The notes beneath the pieces are model-generated. The model made no database searches and was not told where the DNA came from. It saw only the letters and a program-made list of their open reading frames with translations. A DNA stretch of 58,932 nucleotides from Nemertoderma westbladi (lineage: Eukaryota; Animalia; Xenacoelomorpha): NCBI GenBank assembly GCA_032718475.1, contig JAUCBJ010003314.1, positions 1 to 58,932 of the forward strand, given 5' to 3'. This document shows, one piece after another, positions 11,301-23,300 of this stretch (its first letter is position 1; each line of letters opens with the position of its first letter). A program made the translations under genes and the position numbers.

Positions 11301-14300
11301 TCCGTATGTTTCTTTCACTTTTCTCGGTAATTCTCATTTCTTGCTTGGCTCTCCGTATGTTTCTTTCAAGTTTCTTGGTATTTCTCAATTTTTTCTTGTC
11401 TCTCCGTATGTATCTTTCATGTTTCTTGGTAATTCTCATTTCTTGCTTGGCTCTCCGTATGTTTCTTTCTCTTTTCTCGGTAATTCTCATTTCTTGCTTG
11501 GCTCTCCATATGTTTCTTTCACGTTTCTTGGTCATGCTCATTTCTTGCTTGTCTCTCCGTATGTTTCTTTCATGTTTCTTGGTAATTATCATTTCTTGCT
11601 TGGCTTTCCGTATGTTTCTTTCACTTTTCTCGGTAATTCTCATTTCTTGCTTGGCTCTCCGTATGTTCCTTTCACGTTTTTTGGTAATTCTCATTTCTTG
11701 CTTGGCTCTCCGTATGTTTCATTCACTTTTCTCGGCAATTCTCATTTCTTACTTCGCTCTCCGTATGTTTGTTTCACTTTTCTCGGTAATTCTCATTTCT
11801 TGCTTGGCTCTCCGTATGTTTCTTTCACTTTTCTCGGTAATTCTCATTTCTTGCTTGGTTCTCCGTATGTTTCTTTCACGTTTCTTGGTAATTATCATTT
11901 CTTGTTTGGCTCTCCGTATGTATTTTTCACTTTTCTCGGTAATTCCCATTTCTTGCTTGGCTCTCCGTATGTTTCTTTCACTTTTCTCGGTAATTCTCAT
12001 TTCTTGCTTGGCTCTCCGTATGTTTCTTTCACGTTTCTTGGTAATTATCATTTCTTGCTTGGCTTTCCGTATGTTTCTTTCACTTTTCTCGGTAATTATC
12101 ATTTCTTGCTTGGCTCTCCGTATGTTTCTTTCACGTTTCTTGGTAATTCTCAGTTTTTTCTTGTCTCTCCGTATATATCTTTCATGTTTCTTGGTAATTC
12201 TCATTTCTTGCTTGGCTCTCCGTAGGTTTCTTTCACTTTTCTCGGTAATTCTCATTTCTTGCTTGGCTCTCCGTAGGTTTCTTTCACGTTTCTTGGTAAT
12301 TCTCATTTTTTTCTTGTCTTTCCGTATATATCTTTCATGTTTCTTGGTAATTCTCATTTCTTGCTTGTCTCTCCGTATGTTTCTTTCACGTTTCTTGGTA
12401 GTTCTCATTTCTTGTTTGGCTCTCCATATGTTTCTTTCACTTTTCTCGGTAATTCTCATTTCTTGCTTGGTTCTCCGTATGTTTCTTTCACGTTTCTTGG
12501 TAATTATCATTTCTTGTTTGGCTCTCCGTATGTATTTTTCACTTTTCTCGGTAATTCCCATTTCTTGCTTGGCTCTCCGTATGTTTCTTTCACTTTTCTC
12601 GGCAATTCTCATTTCTTGCGTGGCTCTCCGTATGTTTCTTTCATGTTTCTTGGTAATTCTCATTTCTTGCTTGGCTCTCCGTATGTTTCTTTCACGTTTC
12701 TTGGTAATTCTCATTTCTTGTTTGGCTCTCCATATGTTTCTTTCACTTTTCTAGGTAATTCTCATTTCTTGCTTGGTTCTCCGTATGTTTCTTTCACGTT
12801 TCTTGGTAATTCTCATTTCTTGTTTGGCTCTCCGTCTCCGTATGTATTTTTCACTTTTCTCGGTAATTCCCATTTCTTGCTTGGCTCTCCGTATGTTTCT
12901 TTCACTTTTCTCGGTAATTCTCATTTCTTGCGTGGCTCTCCGTATGTTTCTGTCACGTTTCTTTGTAATTCTCATTTCTTGCTTGGCTCTCCGTATGTTT
13001 CTTTCACTTTTCTCGGTAATTCTCATTTCTTGCTTGGCTCTCCGTATGTTTCTTTCAAGTTTCTTGGTATTTCTCAATTTTTTCTTGTCTCTCCGTATGT
13101 ATCTTTCATGTTTCTTGGTAATTCTCATTTCTTGCTTGGCTCTCCGTATGTTTCTTTCACTTTTCTCGGTAATTCTCATTTCTTGCTTGGCTCTCCGTAT
13201 GTTTCTTTCAAGTTTCTTGGTATTTCTCAATTTTTTCTTGTCTCTCCGTATGTATCTTTCATGTTTCTTGGTAATTCTCATTTCTTGCTTGGCTCTCCGT
13301 ATGTTTCTTTCTCTTTTCTCGGTAATTCTCATTTCTTGCTTGGCTCTCCATATGTTTCTTTCACGTTTCTTGGTCATGCTCATTTCTTGCTTGTCTCTCC
13401 GTATGTTTCTTTCATGTTTCTTGGTAATTATCATTTCTTGCTTGGCTCTCCGTATGTTTCTTTCTCTTTTCTCGGTAATTCTCATTTCTTGCTTGGCTCT
13501 CCATATGTTTCTTTCACGTTTCTTGGTCATGCTCATTTCTTGCTTGTCTCTCCGTATGTTTCTTTCATGTTTCTCGGTAATTCTCATTTCTTGCTTGGCT
13601 CTCCGTATGTTCCTTTCACGTTTTTTGGTAATTCTCATTTCTTGCTTGGCTCTCCGTATGTTTCTTTCACTTTTCTCGGCAATTCTCATTTCTTGCTTGG
13701 CTCTCCGTATGTTTCATTCACTTTTCTCGGCAATTCTCATTTCTTACTTCGCTCTCCGTATGTTTGTTTCACTTTTCTCGGTAATTCTCATTTCTTGCTT
13801 GGCTCTCCGTATGTTCCTTTCACGTTTTTTGGTAATTCTCATTTCTTGCTTGGCTCTCCGTATGTTTCTTTCACTTTTCTCGGCAATTCTCATTTCTTGC
13901 TTGGCTCTCCGTATGTTTCTTTCACGTTTCTTGGTAATTCTAATTTCTTGCTTGTCTCTCCGTATGTTTCTTTCACGTTTCTCGGTAATTCTCGTGACTT
14001 GCTTGGCTCTCCGTATGTTTCTTTCACCTTTCTTGGTAATTCTCATTTCTTGCTTGGCTCTCCGTATGTTTCTTTCACTTTTCTCGGTAATTCTCATTTC
14101 TTGCTTGGCTCTCCTTATGTTTCTTTCACGTTTCTTGGTAATTCTAATTTCTTGCTTGTATCTTCGTATGTTTCTTTCACTTTTCTCGGTAATTCTCATT
14201 TCTTGCTTGGCTCTCCATATGTTTCTTTCACGTTTCTTGGTAATTCTCATTTCTTGCTTGGCTCTCCGTATGTTTGTTTCAATTTTCTCGGTATTTCTCA

Positions 14301-17300
14301 TTTCTTGCTTGGCTCTCCGTATGTTTCTTTCACGTTTCTTGGTAATTCTCATTTCTTGCTTGTCTTTCCGTATGTTTCTTTCACTTTTCTGGGTAATTCT
14401 CATTTATTGCTTGGCTCTCCGTATGTTTCTTTCACTTTTCTTGGTAATTCTCATTTCTTGCTTGGCTCTCTGTATGTTTCTTTCACGTTTCTTGGTAATT
14501 CTCATTTCTTGCTTGGCTGTCCGTACTTGGTAATTCTCATTTCTTGCTTGTCTCTGTATGTTTATTTTGTGTTTCTTGGTAATTCTCACTTCTTACTTGT
14601 CTCTCCGTATGTTTCTTTCACTTTTCTCGGTAATTCTCATTTCTTGCTTGGCTCTCCGTATGTTTCTTTCACTTTTCTCGGTAATTCTCATTTCTTGCTT
14701 GGCTCTCTGTATGTTTCTTTCACGTTTCTTGGTAATTCTCATTTCTTGCTTGGCTGTCCGTACTTGGTAATTCTCATTTCTTGCTTGTCTCTGTATGTTT
14801 ATTTTGTGTTTCTTGGTAATTCTCACTTCTTACTTGTCTCTCCGTATGTTCCTTTCACGTTTTTTGGTAATTCTCATTTCTTGCTTGGCTCTCCGTATGT
14901 TTCATTCACTTTTCTCGGCAATTCTCATTTCTTACTTCGCTCTCCGTATGTTTGTTTCACTTTTCTCGGTAATTCTCATTTCTTGCTTGGCTCTCCGTAT
15001 GTTTCTTTCACGTTTCTTGGTAATTCTCATTTCTTGCTTGTCTCTCCGTATGTTTCTTTCACGTTTCTCGGTAATTCCCGTGACTTGCTTGGCTCTCCGT
15101 ATGTTTCTTTCACCTTTCTTGGTAATTCTCATTTCTTGCTTGGCTCTCCGTATGTTTCTTTCACTTTTCTCGGTAATTCTCATTTCTTGCTTGGCTCTCC
15201 TTATGTTTCTTTCACTTTTCTCGGTAATTCTCATTTCTTGCTTGGCTCTCCTTATGTTTCTTTAACGTTTCTTGGTAATTCTAATTTCTTGCTTGTATCT
15301 TCGTATGTTTCTTTCACTTTTCTCGGTAATTCTCATTTCTTGCTTGGCTCTCCGTATGTTTCTTTCACGTTTCTTGGTAATTCTCATTTCTTGCTTGGCT
15401 CTCCGTATGTTTGTTTCACTTTTCTCGGTATTTCTCATTTCTTGCTTGGCTCTCCGTATGTTTCTTTCACGTTTCTTGGTAATTCTCATTTCTTGCTTGT
15501 CTTTCCGTATGTTTCTTTCACTTTTCTGGGTAATTCTCATTTATTGCTTGGCTCTCCGTATGTTTCTTTCACTTTTCTTGGTAATTCTCATTTCTTGCTT
15601 GGCTCTCTGTATGTTTCTTTCACGTTTCTTGGTAATTCTCATTTCTTGCTTGGCTGTCCGTACTTGGTAATTCTCATTTCTTGCTTGTCTCTGTATGTTT
15701 ATTTTGTGTTTCTTGGTAATTCTCACTTCTTACTTGTCTCTCCGTATGTTTCTTTCACTTTTCTCGGTAATTCTCATTTCTTGCTTGGCTCTCCGTATGT
15801 TTCTTTCACCTTTCTTGGTAATTCTCATTTCTTGGTTGGCTCTCCGTATGTTTCTTTCACGTTTCTTGGTAATTCTCATTTCTTGTTTGGCTCTCCATAT
15901 GTTTCTTTCACTTTTCTCGGTAATTCTCATTTCTTGCTTGGTTCTCCGTATGTTTCTTTCACGTTTCTTGGTAATTATCATTTCTTGTTTGGCTCTCCGT
16001 ATGTATTTTTCACTTTTCTCGGTAATTCCCATTTCTTGCTTGGCTCTCCGTATGTTTCTTTCACGTTTCTTGGTAATTATCATTTCTTGCTTGTCTCTCC
16101 GTATGTTTCTTTCACGTTTCTTGGTAATTCTCATTTCTTGTTTGGCTCTCCATATGTTTCTTTCACTTTTCTCGGTAATTCTCATTTCTTGCTTGGTTCT
16201 CCGTATGTTTCTTTCACGTTTCTTGGTAATTATCATTTCTTGTTTGGCTCTCCGTATGTATTTTTCACTTTTCTCGGTAATTCCCATTTCTTGCTTGGCT
16301 CTCCGTATGTTTCTTTCACTTTTCTCGGTAATTCTCATTTCTTGCGTGGCTCTCCATATGTTTCTGTCACGTTTCTTTGTAATTCTCATTTTTTTCTTGG
16401 CTCTCCGTATGTTTCTTTCACTTTTCTCGGTAATTCTCATTTCTTGCTTGGTTCTCCGTATGTTTCTTTCAAGTTTCTTGGTATTTCTCAATTTTTTCTT
16501 GTCTCTCCGTATGTATCTTTCATGTTTCTTGGTAATTCTCATTTCTTGCTTGGCTCTCCGTATGTTTCTTTCACTTTTCTCGGTAATTCTCATTTCTTGC
16601 TTGGCTCTCCGTATGTTTCTTTCAAGTTTCTTGGTATTTCTCAATTTTTTCTTGTCTCTCCGTATGTATCTTTCATGTTTCTTTGTAATTCTCATTTCTT
16701 GCTTGGCTCTTCGTATGTTTCTTTCACGTTTCTTGGTCATGCTCATTTCTTGCTTGTCTCTCCGTATGTTTCTTACATGTTTCTTGGTAATTATCATTTC
16801 TTGCTTGGCTTTCCGTATGTTTTTTTCACTTTTCTCGGTAATTCTCATTTCTTGCTTGGCTCTCCGTATGTTCCTTTCACGTTTTTTGGTAATTCTCATT
16901 TCTTGCTTGGCTCTCCGTATGTTTCTTTCACTTTTCTCGGCAATTCTCATTTCTTGCTTCGCTCTCCGTATGTTTGTTTCACTTTTCTCGGTAATTCTCA
17001 TTTCTTGCTTGGCTCTCCGTATGTTCCTTTCACGTTTTTTGGTAATTCTCATTTCTTGCTTGGCTCTCCGTATGTTTCTTTCACTTTTCTCGGCAATTCT
17101 CATTTCTTGCTTCGCTCTCCGTATGTTTGTTTCACTTTTCTCGGTAATTCTCATTTCTTGCTTGGCTCTCCGTATGTTTCTTTCACGTTTCTTGGTAATT
17201 CTCATTTCTTGCTTGTCTCTCCGTATGTTTCTTTCACGTTTCTCGGTAATTCCCGTGACTTGCTTGGCTCTCCGTATGTTTCTTTCACCTTTCTTGGTAA

Positions 17301-20300
17301 TTCTCATTTCTTGCTTGGCTCTCCGTATGTTTCTTTCACCTTTCTTGGTAATTCTCATTTCTTGCTTGGCTCTCCGTATGTTTCTTTCACTTTTCTCGGT
17401 AATTCTCATTTCTTGCTTGGCTCTCCGTATGTTTCTTTCACCTTTCTTGGTAATTCTCATTTCTTGCTTGGCTCTCCGTATGTTTCTTTCACTTTTCTTG
17501 GTAATTCTCATTTCTTGCTTGGCTCTCCGTATGTTTCTTTCACCTTTCTTGGTAATTCTCATTTCTTGCTTGGCTCTCCGTATGTTTCTTTCACTTTTCT
17601 CGGTAATTCTCATTTCTTGCTTGGCTCTCCGTATGTTTCTTTCAAATTTCTTGGTATTTCTCAATTTTTTCTTGTCTCTCCGTATGTATCTTTCATGTTT
17701 CTTTGTAATTCTCATTTCTTGCTTGGCTCTTCGTATGTTTCTTTCACTTTTCTCGGTAATTCTCATTTCTTGCTTGGCTCTCCATATGTTTCTTTCACGT
17801 TTCTTGGTCATGCTCATTTCTTGCTTGTCTCTCCGTATGTTTCTTTCATGTTTCTTGGTAATTATCATTTCTTGCTTGGCTTTCCGTATGTTTTTTTTCA
17901 CTTTTCTCGGTAATTCTCATTTCTTGCTTGGCTCTCCGTATGTTCCTTTCACGTTTTTTGGTAATTCTCATTTCTTGCTTGGCTCTCCTTATGTTTCTTT
18001 CACTTTTCTCGGCAATTCTCATTTCTTGCTTCGCTCTCCGTATGTTTGTTTCACTTTTCTCGGTAATTCTCATTTCTTGCTTGGCTCTCCGTATGTTTCT
18101 TTCACGTTTCTTGGTAATTCTCATTTCTTGCTTGTCTCTCCGTATGTTTCTTTCACGTTTCTCGGTAATTCTCATTTCTTGCTTGGCTCTCCTTATGTTT
18201 CTTTCACTTTTCTTGGTAATTCTCATTTCTTGCTTGTATCTCCGTATGTTTCTTTCACGTTTCTTGGTAATTCTAATTTCTTGCTTGGTTCTCCGTATGT
18301 TTGTTTCACTTTTCTCGGTATTTCTCATTTCTTGCTTGGCTCTCCGTATGTTTCTTTCACGTTTCTTGGTAATTCTCATTTCTTGCTTGTCTCTCCGTAT
18401 GTTTCTTTCACTTTTCTCGGTAATTCTCTTTTCTTGCTTGGCTCTCCGTATGTTTCTTCCATGTTTCTTGGTAATTCTCATTTCTTGCTTGGCTCTCCGT
18501 ATGTTTCTTTCACTTTTCTCGGTAATTCTCATTTCTTGCTTGGCTCTCCTTATGTTTCTTTCACTTTTCTTGGTAATTCTCATTTCTTGCTTGTATCTCC
18601 GTATGTTTCTTTCACGTTTCTTGGTAATTCTAATTTCTTGCTTGGTTCTCCGTATGTTTGTTTCACTTTTCTCGGTATTTCTCATTTCTTGCTTGGCTCT
18701 CCGTATGTTTCTTTCACGTTTCTTGGTAATTCTCATTTCTTGCTTGTCTCTCCGTATGTTTCTTTCACTTTTCTCGGTAATTCTCTTTTCTTGCTTGGCT
18801 CTCCGTATGTTTCTTCCACGTTTCTTGGTAATTCTCATTTCTTGCTTGGCTCTCCGTATGTTTCTTTCACGTTTCTTAAGATAAGATGAATATAATAATA
18901 ATAACTTTGTTTATAGATCTATTTGTTGTGTTCATCTAAAAAAGTTATTTTCAATTCCAGAACTTATTTGCAACAGATCCTTATATACAGTATGTACTCT
19001 CCGATATTGTTAATGTAGATATTTAGTCTAGTATGCATTTTTGTATTATTCAAACTGAAGGATGAATGTTATTCCGGAAAATCATCAAATCAAGACCAAA
19101 ACTTCATTTTGAAACAAATAAAGTAACTCCTAGAAGAAAAATATTGAGTGGAACTATTTGAGTGGAAATATTTTCCCACTACTAAATGCGGCAGGGCGAT
19201 ATAATGATATTTCCCAATTTAATATCGATGTGCGACATTCCAGTATTGCCCTACGCCATACGTTTATGATGTACGGTATGTCGAGTATGTCACAGCATGA
19301 CGTCAATTCAATTTAAACTATAATAAATTATTTAATAATTCCACCCCCCCCCCCCCCCCCCCATTCATAACCCGAGATATTATTACCATCCACTGCGTCA
19401 TTTAGTGTCGAATGAGATACATTATAATATGTTGCCATTATTTCTAACTCCGATGTAAGTTTGAGAGGTTTTGTGGATCTCAACAATACTAGTCACCGGG
19501 TAGTGGATCAGGGAGTGGTTGGATAATGCAAGAAAGAGATAAGGAAAAAAGAACAAGTTGGGGTTGAATCATCAATTTATTCTAACTGTTCTAGTTCTTT
19601 TTACACCGTATATCACATTGTACTTATCACACTGATTCCAAATATATGGGACTCCCCAATACGCCAATATAAATAGAATAATGTATATACAATAAATGGG
19701 TTTTTTAACAATATTAATAAGCCTAAGGTACGAATTATTTAATCAGTCAGAATACTTTAGTTAGATTTTAACCCCCCAGAACTAAGTTTGAAACCCGTCT
19801 GTCCAGTCAGTCTGTGTCCATCATAAGTCAGTCGGTAGGCGGTCGGGTCTATCCTTCGCTTTGCCTAGTGTCAGCATAGCCCGAATCTTTTTCAGATTCG
19901 TGCTACGCTAACCGGCTCCGCTGGGGTGTCCGTTGGGTGTCTCTCGGTCGGCGAGAGAATGCAGCAGTGATGCTGCATATCACTCCGTCTGGTCGGTAAT
20001 ACATGGACCCTTCATCGTACCACTCGCCCCTCACAATCCCTTTCGGGGTTGGTCCTAAGGCAAGTCAAGCAGCTTAACCCTCTATTGCAAGATATATGCT
20101 AAAATTAATGTTTGATGAATAGCTGCTACAGATATTCAGATAAAATGTTTATGTCACGCCACCTAATTGAATAACATTCAATTGAGAGGTGTTGAACACG
20201 ATTATAGATACTTTGGAGCCATTCCTAATAAATGAGTCCTTTACATGCATTGATAATTACACAATATAGGACAAAACAAAAACCTTTTCCCACAACAACA

Positions 20301-23300
20301 TTTTTTTATGTTTGTCCTATCATCTAAGAGTGTTAATACTTGAAAACATTAAAAAAATACTTGATTTGACTCAAGCCATATGCCAAAATGTATTTGTAGC
20401 ACATGAGCTACAATATGTGATTAGTTGACATAAAAATCTATCCGGGGAATTTAAAATTCCGGATTCACAGTCATTATTTTCCACTGTTCTGTACTAGTTT
20501 GCTTTACAGCATTGTGTACTATTACTGCAATAACTAATTATCATTTTTGATATAAATTCTTATAATATTTTGATATTTTCTTTTAACCATCATTTAATGA
20601 CTGTCAGGTAATTTGTCAATAAATTTAATGGAGATTCAACCGCGAGTGCATTTTATAAAAGGAAGACCCGCAATAATGACCCAATCTATATTAGAAATTT
20701 ATCGTATTATTCAAGTGATAGTGAATTGCCCAGTGGCGGGGAATGCAATGAATCCGAATATCAAGGTTCAAGTAGCGGTTAATCAGATTTGGTAACTGGA
20801 GATCACGAATTTGATGGTGATTTTAATTTTTGCCGACTACATCATCGGGTTTGGCTAACAAATTAGATACTATCAACGAAAATGACATACAGGAAACATC
20901 TTCAATCGACATCCCGCAAAGAGAAAGTGCTGAATTAAATTTAGATGATAATGCGATTGATGAAGAGCTACCTCCATTGTTTGAAGATGTTGCTGTAGAG
21001 GTTGAGGTAGAATCGGTCCCTTCTAATACACCCCTTATTATTTGTTCCACGAATGAGACGTCCAGAAAATCATACCCGAAATGTGTACGTAAGACTTTGT
21101 TAGATTCTCATCCTGTTCTATTGCACGATTCACGTTCCACTGAGAAGACGGATTGTCAATGACAAGGCCAATCCTAAATCTGAGACTGCTCTGGCTAAGA
21201 ATATTCCTAAATCCAAGACTGTTGGGCAAAAAACTAAATCGAAATCTTCTAAAAACACTGCGTCGACTACTAAACACAATGAACAGGTTAATCAGTCCAC
21301 GAGTGGAACAGGGGGAGGTTTAGCCTGGAAAGAAGGAAACCTAATAAAAGACTCGAGTCAATTGGAATTTCTTGGGAATTCTGAACTGGGTGAGGAATAT
21401 CTGGACCTGAAAACTCCTTCAAATATTTTTCAAATTATTCAATCAAACTTGTAATCCGTTCAGAAAAATGCAAATATACCTTTGAGTCTCACAGAAGTGG
21501 AAACTGAACAATTCATTGGAACAACGATATTGATGTCAATTATCCGTTTGCCAAGTACGAGAGACTACTGGTTTAAGAATCTTCGCATTTCGCTAATTGC
21601 TAATATACTGACTGTTAATCGATGGGAGGATATTAAGCACAACCTTCACTTTAATGATAACTCACAAATTGACAAAGATAATATAGACCAACTTCTCAAG
21701 TTCCACCCAATTATAGAATCAGTTCAGAAAACGTTTCCTGCGCTTCCTAATGAATCTGAATTATCCTTTGACGAACAAGTAATACCATTCAAGGGCCGAA
21801 GTACTTTGAAGAAGTACCATCCGAAGAAACCACATAAATGGGGATATGTAATGTATGTTCTTTGTGGGAGTTCCAGAATGGCCTATGTATTAGAGTTTAG
21901 TACAGGACAAGTTACGATGGCTCCTGATGAGCCAAACATAGGGACCAGCTCCAGTTAATATGGCTCCTGATGAGCCAAACATATGGGCCAGCTCCAGTTA
22001 CTATGGCTCCTGATGAGCCAAACAATGAGATGAAGAAGAGAGGATCTTATGATGAACGGGTTTGTACCATTGATGGGCAAGAACTTAGTTGTGTCAAGTG
22101 GCATGACAACAAGTTAGTCTATCTTTTGTCCACCTTCGTTTGAAGCCAACCATTGTTAACATTGGGTTAGCCTTATGTTCCACCAGCAAATCAACTGTAA
22201 CAAAGAGAGGTCACCCTAGTGGAAGCTCACTTGAACCTGTTCTCAAAAGAAAGAAGAGGGGACCAGCTCTTTGTCTGCCTCCAAAAGAAGTTCGGTTAGT
22301 CTTTGTTGATCATTGGGCAGTATTGGATGAAGAGAAGAAGAGCCGTGGACGTTGCAAGCTTCCAGGATGTTCTCAGTTCACCCCCTTGATATGTTTGAAG
22401 TGTCACGTTCATTTGTGTCTAAACATGTCTCGCAATTGTTTCCTCAAATTCCACACAGATTAATCAGTTTGATCCTTCGATCCAATTGTGGACTTTATTA
22501 TTATTCGTCTTTTATATATAACTACAACTGGTGAATAAATAAAGATTAATAAATAATTGTAGCAAATATACTACTACTACTACTAAATCGAGCGAACTTG
22601 GACAGTGGAAATGACATCCTTCCAGGCTTCCCGATTCTCCATAGTTGTCGCAATTTCGTTTCTCCCAAGTTCAGTATCCCTTTCAAGTTGATCTATATAT
22701 GTTATAGTCAGTCGTCTACGACTACGCTTTCCATGAGTTGGTTGGCAGAAAAGTAGATCTGGTATGACCTCGTCTTTTCTTCGCCAGCAGTGCCAACTGA
22801 ATCTTAATCTGCATTCACAGAGGGTGGTTGATAGAGGTGGTATTGTACCATAAAGCTCGGTATTTGTCATGTGTTGTCTCCAGCTGATGTTTAGGGCTGC
22901 CCTTAATAGTCTTGTGTAGCAACCATCAATTCGTTGTTCAAGTGATTTAGTCAGTGTCCAGGTCTCACCCCCTTATAAAAATACACTTTCCACTGTGGCA
23001 CGAAAGAACTTAGTCTTCAGGTGCCTGGGGGAGATCTGATTTCCAGATGGTATCCATTTTTGATAGAGCTACCCAAGCCTTTGCTTTCCTAACTTCTATG
23101 TCCTTTTTGCTACTCTCTATCCTAGGTACTGGAAGTCGTCAACCTTCCTTAGTGTTGATTATTATCAATGGTTGTCAAGTTTCCATCAACATTAAAAGTC
23201 ATGAATTCGGTCTTGGTAGCATTTATATGCAATCCAACCTCCTTAGCAGCCCTCTCCACTTTATTCAGTAGAAGTTGTGCATCTGCTAGCGTATTAGAGG

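Noticed and set aside
8550-18889. Very long ORFs (up to 1858 aa) on both strands of the 51-bp satellite as genes
   Set aside because: The unit length is a multiple of 3 and stop-free in three frames at once, so long ORFs are automatic. There are scattered stops, no unique N- or C-terminal domains, and the array lies in an intron.
21911-22024. CTGATGAG in the 43-bp repeat as a hammerhead ribozyme
   Set aside because: No correctly placed GAAA or stems I and III; the sequence is transposase coding DNA (MAPDEPN).
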